Origin: Octopus vulgaris
Taxonomy: Eukaryota
Reading direction: 5' to 3'
NCBI GenBank assembly: GCA_951406725.2
Contig: OX597824.1
Coordinates: forward strand, 76,446,001-76,510,000
DNA length: 64,000 nt
Positions 39,936 to 54,523 of this stretch are shown one piece after another. The notes under the pieces were generated by a model. It had not been told where the DNA came from and searched no databases. It worked only from the letters and a program-made list of their open reading frames with translations. The stretch's first letter is position 1; the number at the start of each line of letters is the position of its first letter. A program made the translations under genes and the position numbers.

Positions 39936-39936
<1 letters not shown>

Positions 39937-40140
39937 TTTGACACAAAGCCAGCGACTTCGAGAAAGTGGGTAAGTCGATTACATGGATCCCGGTGCTTGA
40001 CTGGGACTTAATTTCTCGACCACGAAATGAGGAAAGGCAAAATCGATCTCGGTGGAATTTGAACTCAGAACGGACAAACGGACGAAATACCGCTAAGCAT
40101 TTTTTTCTGGCCTGCTAACGATTCTGCCAGCTCACCACCT
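39936..40140 (-). mobile_element. SINE family B
   Basis: Reverse-complement consensus match. Confidence 0.8.
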
Positions 40141-40170
40141 TGATAATAATGATAATGACAATAACAAAAA

Positions 40171-40234
<64 letters not shown>

Positions 40235-40510
40235 TAGTAGCCCGGCAGAAATTGCAAGTACTTATGATAATAGAATGGATGCCATAGAAATTGAAGCAAA
40301 TTTTAGAAATTTCCAGACGTAGCCAGAGACATGAAGAGATTGTAGAAGTGTAAGACAGGAATTATTCCTGTGGTAATTGGTGCACTTGGCACAACATCCA
40401 CTCTGTTATGTAAGAAGCTGAAGGACAGTAGAATTGAAAATCGTGATGCCGAACTACAGAAGAATCCAATCCTGTTTTCACAAGAATCTTGAGATTTAAG
40501 GAAACTTCTT
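40235..40510 (+). pseudogene. Degraded R4-type RLE C-terminus
   Basis: ..DVARDMKRL*KCKTGIIPVVIGALGT.. Confidence 0.6.
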
Positions 40511-40751
40511 ACCAAAACCACAAGGAAACATTCATGTTAAAAAAATATAATATGTAATAGTTATGATAATAATAATAATCAGAAAAAGAAGAGGAAGAAT
40601 AGTTATAATAATAATAATCAGAAGAAGAGGAAGAATAAGAATAAGAATAGCAACAACAATAATCATTTCTACTAAAGGCACAAGGCCTGTAATGTTGGAG
40701 GAGGGGTGTTGTCGATTTATTATCTCTATAATAAACAGGAACTCTCAATAT

Positions 40752-41163
40752 AGGCGTAGGAGTGGCTGTGTGGGAAGTAGCTTGTTTACCAACCACATGG
40801 TTCCGGGTTCAGTCCCACTCCGTGGCACCTTGGGCAAGTGTCTTGTATTGTAGCTTCGGGCCGACCAATGCCTTGTGGGTGGATTTGGTAGGCGAAAACT
40901 GAAAGAAGCCCATACGTATATTTCTATGCAAATGTGTGTGTGTTTGTGTGTGTGTGTTTGTCCCCCCAACATCGCTTGACAACCGATGCTGTTGTGCTTA
41001 CACCCTCGTAACCTAGCGGTTTGGCGACAGAGATCGATAGAATAAGTACTAGGCTTACAAAGAATAACTCCTGGGGTCGATTTGCTCGACTAAATGCTGT
41101 GCTCCAGCATGGCCGCAGTCACATGTGACTGAAACAAGTAAAAGAGTAAAAGAGTAAAAGAGT
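40752..41163 (+). mobile_element. SINE family A, full length
   Basis: Consensus match. Confidence 0.9.
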
Positions 41164-41465
41164 AATACAAAGATCTGGAAATAGAGATAACCCGAATGTG
41201 GAGCCTAAAAACAGAAACCATCCCTATGACAACAGGTGCTCTAGATATGATTAAAAGACACACAAATACATAATCGAAACACCAGGCCTTACGAATAAAT
41301 ACAGAAAATAATATACACTGCTAGGCACCGCATTATCTTACGTAAAGCAATTTTCAGTAAAATAAAAAGAACAACACCAATACAAACCACAGCGTATACT
41401 AAAAGCACTCAGATCTGCGCTCGCTAGTGTAGTGAAATCTAGGCTTGCAGCTTTACTGAAGAATA
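41164..41465 (+). pseudogene. R4/Dong-type LINE 3' fragment related to 35991-36471
   Basis: YKDLEIEITRMWSLKTETIPMTTGALDMIK, plus a similar 3' UTR. Confidence 0.75.
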
Positions 41466-41972
41466 AATTACACATTTTACGCTTATTGGGAATTATGTTA
41501 TTGTCTCTAGACGCTATAGAGTGCAGTGACGATAAAACTGTAGGTACTGGCGCCAACTTCCTCGGTATACTGCCCTCTGATTGTATATCTTACGAAATTG
41601 GCAGATATTTTTCTTTGCGGATCTATCACCAAATGCCATTTTTAGCCATTGGCAGACGACAATCGTTTTAATCCAGTGAAGTTTGTACAGACGAACTATC
41701 TAGATTGGCAGGGTTATCCGAGCGGATGTCAGTTGAATGAGGAGAGTTCAGCTGTGTTGGTGGATTAACGCTACAAGTAAGCACCTAAATACCCTCACAG
41801 TTGCTGATAGCTTCAATCATATTTTCCAACACTCCAATCAACGATGTTGACAGAATGTTCTAAAAACGCGTAGGATCTATCTACTCTTGTAGATAAAGAA
41901 AATGCCCTGGATGCTTATACACACACACACACACACACAAACAAACAAACACACACACACACACACAAACAT

Positions 41973-42003
<31 letters not shown>

Positions 42004-42502
42004 AACAAACACACAAGCAAACACATAATTCACGCATAAATATATATGTGTGAAGAAGGTTTGTTGCCCGTTATGATGATAGCACTGGAGGATCTGGAAG
42101 CTAAGAGAATTCCATACACATACACAACGCACGAGCGCGCACACATACACAAACATGCACACATATGTATACATAAATTTTCTAGTGAGTCGAATGTCCT
42201 ATATGGCCATTCCTTATATTGTTGAATGTATATTATATAGTCTTTGACTATTTTCTCTTTCTCACTAGACCGCTGGTAGCGGAAAATTTTTTCTAGAATT
42301 TTTTGCTACCCTTATATTTATTAATTATAAATATATATATATATATATGTATGTATGTGCGTGGGTGTCTCCATCATAATCGAGGTGTAGGAATTCCAAC
42401 TTTCACATATATTATGTAGTTTTATGTATGCATCAATGTATGTACGTAGGTACGTACGTGTGTATGTATGTTTGTATGTATGTGCGTGTATAATTGTGTG
42501 CG

Positions 42503-42555
<53 letters not shown>

Positions 42556-42559
<4 letters not shown>

Positions 42560-42694
42560 CTTTACTACCCACAAGGGGCTAAACATAGAAGGGACAAACA
42601 AGGACAGACAAACGGATTAAGTCGATTATATCGACCCCAGTGCGAAACTGGTACTTTATTTATCGACCCCGAAAGGATGAAAGGCAAAGTCGAC
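42556..42694 (-). mobile_element. SINE family B, 3' part
   Basis: tttctttactacccacaaggggctaaac...gaaaggcaaagtcgacc. Confidence 0.85.
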
Positions 42695-42695
42695 C

Positions 42696-42726
<31 letters not shown>

Positions 42727-42754
42727 TGTATGTATGTATGTATGTATGTATGTA

Positions 42755-42790
<36 letters not shown>

Positions 42791-43059
42791 TGCGTATATC
42801 TGTGTGTGTAGTTGTATGAATTTAAATGAGAGAAAGATAGAGAGGAGAGGAGAAGAAAAAGAGACAGAGGTAGTGTGTGTGAGTATATGTGTATATACAT
42901 AGAGAGAGAAAATGGGGTTGTGTGTGTATATGTGTGTGTGCACTGGTAGATGAATTAACAAGAACAAAAACAATGTGCCGATAAATAGATAGGCACACAA
43001 TATACTAGAGAAATTGCTGTGTGCATATATGAACGCTGGCGCGCGCAAACGCGATCGCG

Positions 43060-43105
<46 letters not shown>

Positions 43106-43111
43106 GTATAT

Positions 43112-43528
43112 CTTAATCTTTAATCTTTTATTTGTTTGTCATTTGACTGTGGTCATGCTGCAGCACCGCCTTTAGTCGAGCAAATCGACCCCGAGACTTA
43201 TTCTTTGTAAGCCTAGTACTTATTCTAACAGCCTCTTTTACCGAACCGCTAAGTTACGGGGACGTAAACACACCAGCATCGGTTGTCAAGCGTTGTTGGG
43301 GGGACAAACTCAGATACACTAATATATACACACATACACATGCATTCATATATATACATATATACGACGGGCTTCTTTCAGTTTCCGTCTACCAAATCCA
43401 CTCACAAGGCTTTGGTCGACCCGAGTCTATAGTAGAAGACACTTGCCCAAGTTGCCACGCAGTGGGAATGAACCCGGAACCGTGTGGTTCGTAAGCAGGC
43501 TACTTACCACGCAGCCACTCCTACGCCT
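43112..43528 (-). mobile_element. SINE family A, full length
   Basis: Reverse-complement consensus match. Confidence 0.9.
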
Positions 43529-43611
43529 ACATTTATGCACACGTTCACATAAACACACACACACATAAACACACACACACATAAACACACACACAGACGT
43601 ACGTAATTCAA

Positions 43612-43797
43612 TGCATAGAGGAGAATTCACAAAACAACAAAAGATGAAGACAGGTGGTGTAGACAACATTATTAGTATAATGCTCGGGAAGTGAAAATGT
43701 CTTTAACGTTTCGAGCCTACGCTCTTCCACAGAAAGGAGCACAGAATGAAACGAGGAGAGAAAATAAAGTATGTGTAGTAGCTAGCGATCTATCATA
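43612..43797 (-). mobile_element. CUGUNGA hammerhead-family element, copy 3 (best preserved)
   Basis: 43736-43701: CTTT CTGTGGA A GAGC gtag GCTC GAA AC-GT T AAAG; all three stems pair. Confidence 0.75.
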
Positions 43798-43949
43798 CCC
43801 TGACTATCAGATAGATGGATATTCGCTAGTTACATGATCATCAGTTGTTCGATTAAAGCTGTGAATGATAATTGAAAGAGATCCGACCGCATGGATCGAT
43901 ATCGTCTCCATACTTTTTAAGACAACAACCTAACGACTGTTTTTGAGCG

Positions 43950-44630
43950 ATAATGGTAGCAGCAGTGGTGATAGTTGTGGTTATAGTGCTAGTAGTAGCT
44001 GTTGTGTTTGTAGTGGTTGTGGTGGTGGCGCTGGTAGTGGTAGTGGTAGGGGCGTTGATAGTGATTGTTGAGTTGGTTGTGGCTGTGGATGTGGTGATAT
44101 CGGTTGTCGTGGTGTTGTTGAATTGGTTGCGGTTGTAGTTATGGCGGTTGTAGTGGTGGTGGTGGGGGTTGTGTTGGTAGTGGTTTTGTGTTAGCAGTGA
44201 TTGTGGCGTTGGTAGTGATTGCTGTGTTGGTTGTAGTTGTGGCGGTGGTTGTGTTGGTAGTGGTTGTGGCGTTGAGAGTGAATGTTGAATTGGTTGTGGT
44301 TGCGGTGGTAGCGGTTGTTGTGTTAGTAGCGGTTGTGGTGTTGGTAGTGATTGCTGTGTTGGTTGTGATTGTGTTGGTAGTGGTTGTTGTGTTGGTTGCG
44401 GACGTGGTGGCAGCAGTTTTTGTGTTGTTGTGGTTGTAGCTATGGCAGCTGTAGAGGAGGTAGTGGTGGTTATATTGTTCATAGTTGTGTTAGTAGTGGT
44501 TGTGGTGGTGCTGGTTTTGTTAGTGGTTTTTGTGTTGGGTGTAGTTGTGGTGTTGCGAGTGGTTGTTTTGGGTTTGTTGGCGGAGTATGCTGTCACGGTA
44601 GTTGTGTTAGTAAAGTTAATAGTATTGGTG
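43950..44630. repeat. Degenerate (GTT/GTG/GTA)n trinucleotide low-complexity tract
   Basis: Direct inspection; gives spurious Thr/Pro/Val-rich ORFs. Confidence 0.85.
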
Positions 44631-44747
44631 GGGCTCTTAAAATTTATTATCGGTTCGCAGACATCAGAAATACATCAGTAAATAATCTGTTTGGTGAATT
44701 AAAAAAAAAAGCCACAATGTCTCGTTAGATTCATTAATCCGGAAGAG

Positions 44748-44795
44748 TTTTCACTGAGGAGACGCAAAGATGTCGAAACACTGGGTGTCTTAAAG
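44748..44795 (+). ncRNA. Type I hammerhead ribozyme motif with canonical core
   Basis: tttca CTGAGGA GACG caaaga TGTC GAA ACAC-tgg-GTGT C ttaaa; GUC triplet at 44787-89; one mismatch in stem I. Confidence 0.8.
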
Positions 44796-45246
44796 TCCAC
44801 TTATCCTAATTAATCGAACGTGTTACTAACACGCATTCGTCTGAAACGAAAAGCATTCTTTAATGGCGAAATACAATGGCGATACGCATATTCGCATTCG
44901 AATTTGTCAGAACGTATCAAAAAGTGAATGTGCAAATAATCGCTTTTGAATCACTGAATTTCTGTTATCAGTTATGTTTATATATCCATGGCATTAAGTA
45001 TCATACAAAACAGCCTTAAAGGGTCACATGGAGATGGAATGCTCTGAGTCGTTCAGGCTTGCCTTTAGATTATTCTTCGTACTGATGTAGATAAGCAAGA
45101 CTACTCAATACGTGATAGCACTAAGTGTTTAAAAAAACTACTAAACAAACATTAGAAAATATTAATGAAATGATTCTATGCAAGTGTCTTCTACTAATGC
45201 CTCAGGCCTTGTGAGTGGATTTGGTACACGGAAACTGAAAGAGGCC

Positions 45247-45620
<374 letters not shown>

Positions 45621-45870
45621 AACGGGATACGTAACAGTAATTTCGAATAAAAATAAAAATGGAAGTTTGAATCATCTGACGGACCGGCAAACATTACAAA
45701 AATAGCGATTCTCACTTTGGAAAACTTTTTAGATTATGGATCATGTATCTATATTTTTAGATCATGTATCTATATTTAGAATTTCAACGCGATCGGATGA
45801 ATAATACTTGAGTTATAGGCGCACAAACAGACAGAACGGGATTTATATTATATTATTTGTATATACATAT

Positions 45871-45999
<129 letters not shown>

Positions 46000-46211
46000 A
46001 TTACATATGCATTTATGTATGTATGTAGATACGCATATATGTATATATCAGTCGATGCTAATAAGAGCTGATTAAAAGTGTAATATGGTGATTCTGCCAA
46101 CATTTTACACGGGAACCAACAATTAGAATCTCTTATTACAGGGAATAAATTTGAGCAAATATCATCGAGCTTTTTAAAGAACTACCTATAACGCACAGAA
46201 ACCACACGTAC

Positions 46212-46242
<31 letters not shown>

Positions 46243-46390
46243 TGTATGTATGTATGTATGTATGTATGTATGCATGTATGTATGTATGTATGGATGGATG
46301 GATGGATGTATATGCATACATACACCACGCATACACATGTGTCTATAAAGCTATTTATAAGCGCACGCGCACACACACAAACACACACAA

Positions 46391-46429
<39 letters not shown>

Positions 46430-46892
46430 TACACATTTACCTTATGTTAATGTATATATAGTTTCGGAGTAACAGCAGTCGAGCATACAAATGTGTTCGT
46501 ATCTCTGGGTGTTTCTATTCTATGTCTGTATTGTGGGTGTACATGTGTGCATTTATATTTGTGAATGACCATATATATAGGTTTTTGAGAATGTGTGCAT
46601 GCGTATGTAAACTTATATGCATGTGCGTGTGCGTCTGCGCGTGTATCATTTGATTAATTGCAACTCAACTCATGTAAACGAACGTAAATATTTTAGTTTC
46701 GGATATCGCATAAAAATGGAAAATCTTTGACTCTTCACCTCAAGACCGCTCATTCTGAATAACGCCATATCCATTCCTGGCAATCTCGCACCAAACATAA
46801 TTGACTTCAATATATATGTATGGATGCATATACACATATGAATGTATGTATGCAAGTATGAACAAATGAATGCCTGAATGTATGTGTGTATG

Positions 46893-46948
<56 letters not shown>

Positions 46949-46952
<4 letters not shown>

Positions 46953-47572
46953 GATCTCTACTCCACTGACATCGATCTGACCAAGGCCTTTGATGCCATT
47001 AGTAGAGAAGGTCTCTGGAGAATCTTGCCGAAGTATGGATGCCCCAGAAAATTCATCACCATCGTAAGGCAACTACACGATAGCATGTTGGCAAGGGTAC
47101 AGGTCAACGGAGAGATCTCTGATCCATTCCCTGTCTCCAACGGAGTGAAACAAGGATGTGTCCTTGCTCCCACCTTCTTCAGCAATTACGTTCTCAGCCA
47201 TGCTGACAGTTGCTTTCAGGGACACAGACATAGGCGTCGGCATCAAGTACCGGTCCGACGGTTCAGTCTTCAACCTCGGGAGCCTCAAAGCGTAAACAAA
47301 GGTTTCGGTAGACACCGTCAACGACCACCTGTTCGCCGATGACTGCGCTCTCAATGCTGCCACTGAGTCCAACATGCAGTCCAGCGTTGACTTGTTGTCT
47401 GGCGCCTGCAACAACTTTGGCCTTACTATCAATACAAAAATGACTGGGGTAATTGTATCAGCCAGCTCCAACCAAGTCCTACGTTGAACCCAACATCACC
47501 ATCAACGGGCAGCGACTGAACGCGGTGGACAAGTTCCACCTACCTTTGCAGCACACTCTCTAGAAATGTTGT
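46949..47572 (+). pseudogene. RTE/BovB-type LINE reverse transcriptase fragment
   Basis: IDLTKAFD, LWRILPKYGCP, NGVKQGCVLAPTFF, YRSDGSVFNL, LFADDCAL, FGLTINTK; contains a frameshift and a stop. Confidence 0.92.
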
Positions 47573-47617
47573 CGCCCTTCTGTTTGCTGCCCCCGGACCC
47601 CATAAAAATATATATTT

Positions 47618-47838
47618 ATTTCTTTACTACCCATAAGGGGCTAAACATAGAGGGGACAAACAAGGATAGACAAACGGATTAAGTCGATTACATCGACCCC
47701 AGTGCGTAACTGTTACTTAATTTATCGACCCCGAAAGGATGAAAGTCAAAGTCGACCTCGGCGGAATTTGAACTCGGAACGTAACGACAGACGAAATACG
47801 GCTACGCATTTTGCCCGGCGTGCTAACGTTTCTGCCTA
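47618..47838 (-). mobile_element. SINE family B
   Basis: Reverse-complement consensus match. Confidence 0.88.
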
Positions 47839-48260
47839 CAGCAGACCCACTAGTTGTGCCCTTTTTAAAAGTGTCGCCCGCGGTGGATCGCCCCTACCGC
47901 CCCCACCTACGCTAGTGAGAGAGAGAGATGGAGAGAGTACGTGTTCGTGCGTAAGTGCAGTACGTTGAAAGTAATGTTTAGAGCCTTGCAGCATTTATTC
48001 TGACCCTTTACGTTCATAGTTCAAATTCCGTCGACATCAACGCTAACTTTTTCTCTCTGTGGGGTCGATGAAATAGAACTCCAAATCTAATTTTGGAATC
48101 GACACTGTCAACTAAGCCAGTCTTTCCAAAATTGCTGGTCTGGTGCCTAAATTAGAAATCTTACCGTACCGGAAAAATGCTTAGTGAGATTTCTTCGTGC
48201 TTTACGTTCTGAGTTCAAATTTAGCCGGTCATGCTTTCGAAAGAAGAACAATGTGTATAC

Positions 48261-48291
<31 letters not shown>

Positions 48292-48435
48292 TGTATGTAT
48301 GTATGTATGTATGTATGTATGTATGTATGTATGTACGTATGTACGTATTTGTGTCTATAGCCGCAGTCAAGTGACTGAAACAAACAAAAGAATAAAAGAA
48401 TAAAAGAATATAACTATGTATATGTAAGTAAATAT

Positions 48436-48824
48436 GGGATGGAAGCACTCCGTCGGTTACGACGACGAGGGTTTCGGTTGATCCGAATCAACGGAACAGC
48501 CTGCTCGTGAAATTAACGTGTAAGTGGCTGAGCACTCCACAGACACGTGCACCCTTAACGTAGTTCTCGGGGATATTCAGCGTGACACAGAGAGTGACAA
48601 GGCCGGCCCCTTGAAATACAGGTACAACAGAAACAGGAAGTAAGAGTGAGAGAAAGTTGTCGTGAAAGAGTACAGCAGGGATCACCACCATCCCCTGCAG
48701 GAACCTCGTGGAGCTTTAGGTGTTTTCGCTCAATAAACACTCACAACGCCCGGTCTGGGAATCGAAACCGCGATCCTATGACCGCGAGTCCGCTGCCCTA
48801 ACCACTGGGCCATTGCGCCTCCAG
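48436..48824 (-). mobile_element. tRNA-derived SINE family C, full length with 13-bp TSD
   Basis: A box TGGCCCAGTGG, B box GTTTCGATTCC; TSD tgtaagtaaatat at 48423-35 and 48825-37. Confidence 0.92.
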
Positions 48825-49059
48825 TGTAAGTAAATATATATGTATGTATATAAGGGTATATGTATATATACATAATTAATACCCCAAATCTCCCTCACAT
48901 TTGCTTCGCTTTTTTCTTAGAAGAAATAAAATATTCGATAATGTGGGGAACACAGAGAAGGGATGCTCATGGATGGATTGTATTCGTCAATAGATCTGCT
49001 TGATCAGCACTGATTATAGGGGCTAAATATCATCGACAGCTCTAAACACACAGCCTCTT

Positions 49060-49592
49060 CCCGACGGAGAAGACCATCACCAAGACCACCATAACTACCG
49101 CCAATACTGTTCCCGCCAACGATGCCGCCGGCAGTAACATCACCGACAAAACACAACACTAGAACCGAAGCCACCATCATCACCATCACCACCACTCCAC
49201 CACTACTACCACCAACACCACCAACACCACTGCCAAGACCGCCACAAATATTGTTACCATCAACGCAGCCACGACAAATAACGCCACCGTCGCTTAGTCC
49301 ACAACAACCAAGACCAGTAAAACCACCACCACCACCACCACCACCACCACAACAACAACAACAACAACAACAACAACAGCATCAGCAGTAGCAAGAATAA
49401 CAAATCAAACGTCTTTGTTGCAAGTCAGGCTAAGCAAATAACTATGATGTTACTACACCTCCTCCTCCTCCTCCCCCCCTCCTCCTCCTCCTCCTCCTAC
49501 TCCTACTACTACTACTACTGGTACTACTACTTCTACTTCTACTACTACTGCTGCTGCTGCTACTACTACTACTACTACTACTGCTGCTGCTG

Positions 49593-49623
<31 letters not shown>

Positions 49624-49624
49624 A

Positions 49625-49687
<63 letters not shown>

Positions 49688-49694
49688 AATAATA

Positions 49695-49742
<48 letters not shown>

Positions 49743-49796
49743 GTAATCATAATAATAGTAATAATAATAATAATGATAATAATAGTAATAATAATA

Positions 49797-49832
<36 letters not shown>

Positions 49833-49844
49833 GTAATAATAATA

Positions 49845-49891
<47 letters not shown>

Positions 49892-49975
49892 TAGTAATGA
49901 TAATAATAATAATAAGAATAATAGTAATAATAATAATAGTAATAATAATAATAATAATAATAATGACAATAATAA
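49060..49975. repeat. Compound trinucleotide cluster (CAC, CAA, CCT, TAC, TGC, AAT)
   Basis: Direct inspection. Confidence 0.9.
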
Positions 49976-50387
49976 ATTGGATGTTGCTGTTGTTCCGCCG
50001 CATATTGACCCTAAGTCCACAATCATCAAACAGCAGGAACTCTAATGAAAAGGACTTCAGCCGTAGGCGTTTCTTTTGTTTCCAATCACATTGTAATGGG
50101 GAGTGGGTGTGGGGCGGGGTGTGGGGGGTGGGGGAAGATGTATTATTGATGAATCAATAATTACTGTATTTTATTAACGTTGTTGGGTAGTGCGCGCGCG
50201 CGTGTGTGTGTGTGTGTATGACATCGATAATCAATGCGCATACACGGATGGATACGTAAACCGATTGACTTACGCATACACGGAGACACACAAATACTCA
50301 CACACATATACACACGTAAACGCACATATACACACTTATATACATATATACATACATACACACGCACATATATATATGTGTATATAT

Positions 50388-50420
<33 letters not shown>

Positions 50421-50449
50421 CACACATACATACGTATATATACATATAC

Positions 50450-50503
<54 letters not shown>

Positions 50504-50572
50504 GGGTAGAGAGTTAGATAGATATATAGATAGATAGATAGATAGATAGACAGATAGGTAGATATGTATTAT

Positions 50573-50645
<73 letters not shown>

Positions 50646-51614
50646 TGTATTTATGTATGTATACACACACACACACACACATATATATATCACATCCAAA
50701 TGTTTGCATGTATGCTTATATGTACGTAAGTATATACATACGTGTTTGTGTGCGTGCGTGTGTTTGTGAGCGCGCATGTGTGTATATATATGTAGGTGGC
50801 GTGGCCAATCCATCCAAAGGAAAACGAACGTAATGACTTCGCTCACAAAATATTCATTTTAATAAGCTCACACGCACATTTTCATATTAATATACACATG
50901 TAAATGCATACATTCATATATACACGCATACACACGCAGAAACACATACATACTTGCATACGTACGTACATGCATGCATATACTTACATATATTTGTGCG
51001 CCATTTTTCTTTCCTTCGCCGCAAATAACACGCATGAGAAATTAGAATTTGTGATTTTTCATTATTTCATTATAAAGGTCATGTTCATTCTTAGTGATGA
51101 GAATGACCTGTTCGTTTCAAACGAGAGCAGATATTGGCAAGATGATAAGCTTTTAGGAATAATTCACCGAAATTGACGATGGGAAATGCTTTCGATAAAG
51201 CATTTTTCCATTTCGACTAATGAAGCTAGCTGTGTGATTATAAAATCAAATTTAACTTCGGTGTTAGCCAATATGGCATCCGCACTGATGATAAAAGATT
51301 GCCAGCTATCGACGTTAATCACGTAATCAAACTGCTGAAATTGCATAATCAATCAAGTGATCGATAAAACCATAGAGAATAGCAAAAATAAAATAAAATA
51401 AATGAAAAATTTATAATAATATAAAAACATAAAAAGTGACGGATCTGATTGAGATGTGTGCCTCTCTCAATCTTTCTTTCTCTCTCTCTCTCTCTCTCAC
51501 GCACTGAGTGCCTGTGTATGTGGGTGATTTTGTACATGTGTATGTGCTTGCGTCTGCTGTTGTAAATTTGTACACAGTATAGTTTGTGCGCGTGTGTGTA
51601 TGTGAGAGTATTGC

Positions 51615-51658
<44 letters not shown>

Positions 51659-51792
51659 CAGATAGATAAATGTATACACGTATATGTATGGTGCTCCAGC
51701 ATGGCCACAGTCAAACGACTGAAACAAGTAAAAGAATAAAAGAATATATACATCCATCCATCCATACATCCATACATCCATACATACATCCA

Positions 51793-51828
<36 letters not shown>

Positions 51829-51855
51829 TATACATATATATATACATATATATAT

Positions 51856-51995
51856 ATGGCGTTAGGAAGGGCATCAAGCTGCAGAAACTGTGTCGAATCC
51901 CATTGGAACATTGTGCAGTCCTCCAGTTTATTAGTTCCGTTCAAACCGTCTAACACAAGTGAGTATGGAAAGCGGATGTTAAATGATGATAATGA
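51856..51995 (+). mobile_element. 3' tail of a retroposon ending in (GAT)n
   Basis: ggcgttaggaagggcatc...caaaccgtc...gatgttaaatgatgataatg; recognised from memory only, single copy here. Confidence 0.45.
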
Positions 51996-52416
51996 CGATA
52001 AATAAATAGACAGATACATGAATAGATGTAGATATATATATTACATGTATGTATGCATGTATGCATATATGTATGTATGTTTGTGCGTGTGTGTATGTGT
52101 GTGCGTGTGTTTGACTATCAGTACGTATCTAATGCTGGGGTCAGTTTCAATCGATTGCAAATCAACCGCTGCTGTCACTTAAGCAGTTTGATTTTGTCTC
52201 CATCTGATTCCTCCCTTTGCCTTCGATAGCATATGTGTCAGCGTCAACTGATACAAGAACCCAGGACCAGAATAATACTCGTGAGTAAACATCTGGTACT
52301 TTATTCAGCAAGCAATTATCCTAAATTCCAAATTTTCTATTTATATTAATCCAATTTCGAATCGATAATGAAAATGCGTTGAGAAGTATAAACGAAAACT
52401 TTATAATAACACAATA

Positions 52417-52635
52417 TACTGGTTTCAAATTTTGGCAAAAGGCCAAGAATTTTGGGTGATGGTACTAGACGATTACAGCTACTCCAGTGTTTAACTGATA
52501 CTAAATTTATCGATCCCGAAAGTATGAAAGGCAAAGTCGACCTCGGCGGAATTTGAACCTAGAACGTGCAGACAAACGAAATGTTGCTAAGCATTTTGCC
52601 CGCTGTGCTAACGATTCTGCCAGCTCGTCGCCGTA
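52417..52635 (-). mobile_element. SINE family B (older tail type)
   Basis: Reverse-complement consensus match. Confidence 0.85.
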
Positions 52636-52919
52636 TAATAGCACAGTATATTAAGAAAGCAGTTTATTCGTCTCAAATAAAAACAAGTTGAAATCAAATA
52701 GGTAATAGTGGTAAACTAAATGTGAGGTAACGGGCATTTTTTGGATTCGAAACCGTAACTTCAAACCACTATGTAATTACCCATTGTATTTTGTCGACCC
52801 TATTTACTGACTTCACTCTAGGATTGACCAATTGAGCTTTGTCTTGTTAAAACCGGACCCTCAGTGAGGATTAGAAAAGAGAAATGATGGTATTCAACAT
52901 TCAGCTAACTGTCCAATCT

Positions 52920-53150
52920 GTTTCTTTACTACCCACAAGGGGCTAAACACAGAAAGGACAAACAAGGACAGACAAACGGATTAAGTTGATTACGTCGACC
53001 TCAGTGCGAAACTGGTACTTAATTTATCGACCCAGAAAGGATGAAAGGCAAAGTCGAGCTCGGCGGAATTTGAACTCAGAACGTAACGACAGACGAAAAC
53101 CCGCTAAGCATTTCGCCCGGCGTGCTAACGTTTTTGCCATCTGGCCGCCT
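52920..53150 (-). mobile_element. SINE family B
   Basis: Reverse-complement consensus match. Confidence 0.88.
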
Positions 53151-54034
53151 TGTAGCTAACTGTACAATCAAGAAAAAAAGTGACATCATAAAGGAGTCTG
53201 TCAACCGGAACATTGGATGACTGTCTGACAGAAAAGTGGGACCAAGACGTTTGAGAAATAAATGATGTCTCTCAAAATAAGACGAAAAAAAAAAAATAAT
53301 AACCGACCAACCAGAACACCGGACAAAAACAAGTGACCAGAACAGTCGATAACTAAATGACGTCACTTGACAGTTACCCAACCAAAACGTTGTACTACAG
53401 CCGAACAGAAATAATTGACGAAACATGGCATACAAATGTGCTCAGACTGCTAACGAACGCTAGGTAAAAACAGGTGACGTCTTTTAGTAATTACCCAACA
53501 GGGTTTGAACCGGCGGCGTAAATCTTACACATGCAAAGCAATGTTGTTTTGAAACAGTTAAGATTCTACGAGTAAAACAAATGAAGAATTCTTCTCCCTT
53601 ACAACATGAGAGAACTTGTGATTTTTTTGTTTTTCTCATTCTTTAAAATCTTTATCATGTCTAATTGCCAACATCTTATTGCATTGAAAACTACTGAACT
53701 TTCAAATGTCTACCTTGTGTTATTGCTATTTAATTTGTTGAGCATTTGAACTTTCACTATTTCTCATTGCTGTGAAACTTATTAAATACTTGAATTTTCC
53801 TCAAGTAATTTTGTATAAAACTGATTGAACATTCGAGTTTCTTTCACCATGTTCTTTTTTTCTTTTGTTTTTTTTTTGCTGTTGAACTTTCTCATATGCA
53901 TTCGCTTACTTTTAATATTCTATCTTGTTTTTTTTTTATGTTATTTATTTTATAATTACCATTGAAAACTAAGAATAAAAATTAAAAATATAGAAACCAG
54001 TGTGGCATTTTAAAAAATCGGTTTCTGTGTGTGT

Positions 54035-54073
<39 letters not shown>

Positions 54074-54107
54074 TGTGTGTGTGTGCGCGTGTGTGTATGT
54101 GTGTGTA

Positions 54108-54242
54108 CTTTGCTTCCCAACCACATGATTCTGGGTTCATTCTCACTGCGTGGCAGCTTGGGTGAGTGTCTTCTACCATAGTCTCGGGCCGACCAACGTC
54201 TTGTGAGTGGATTTGGTAGACGGAAACTTAAAGAATCTCGTC

Positions 54243-54311
<69 letters not shown>

Positions 54312-54463
54312 AGTAATTGAATGAATTATCTTATTAAGGATAATTCGAAAGATAACCAATACCTGGGTAGCAAATTCACATCAGAAAGAACACGGTTGAA
54401 GCTACGAGAATAAAGGATATTTCTTAACTAGTCGTTCAACTCCATTCTTTCATATACTTATGA

Positions 54464-54523
<60 letters not shown>

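Noticed and set aside
43853-44728. Thr/Pro/Gln-rich mucin-like ORF
   Set aside because: Degenerate trinucleotide repeat open in several frames on both strands; no splice or domain evidence.
46670-46855. Possible host exon on the minus strand
   Set aside because: No convincing splice sites or recognisable domain.
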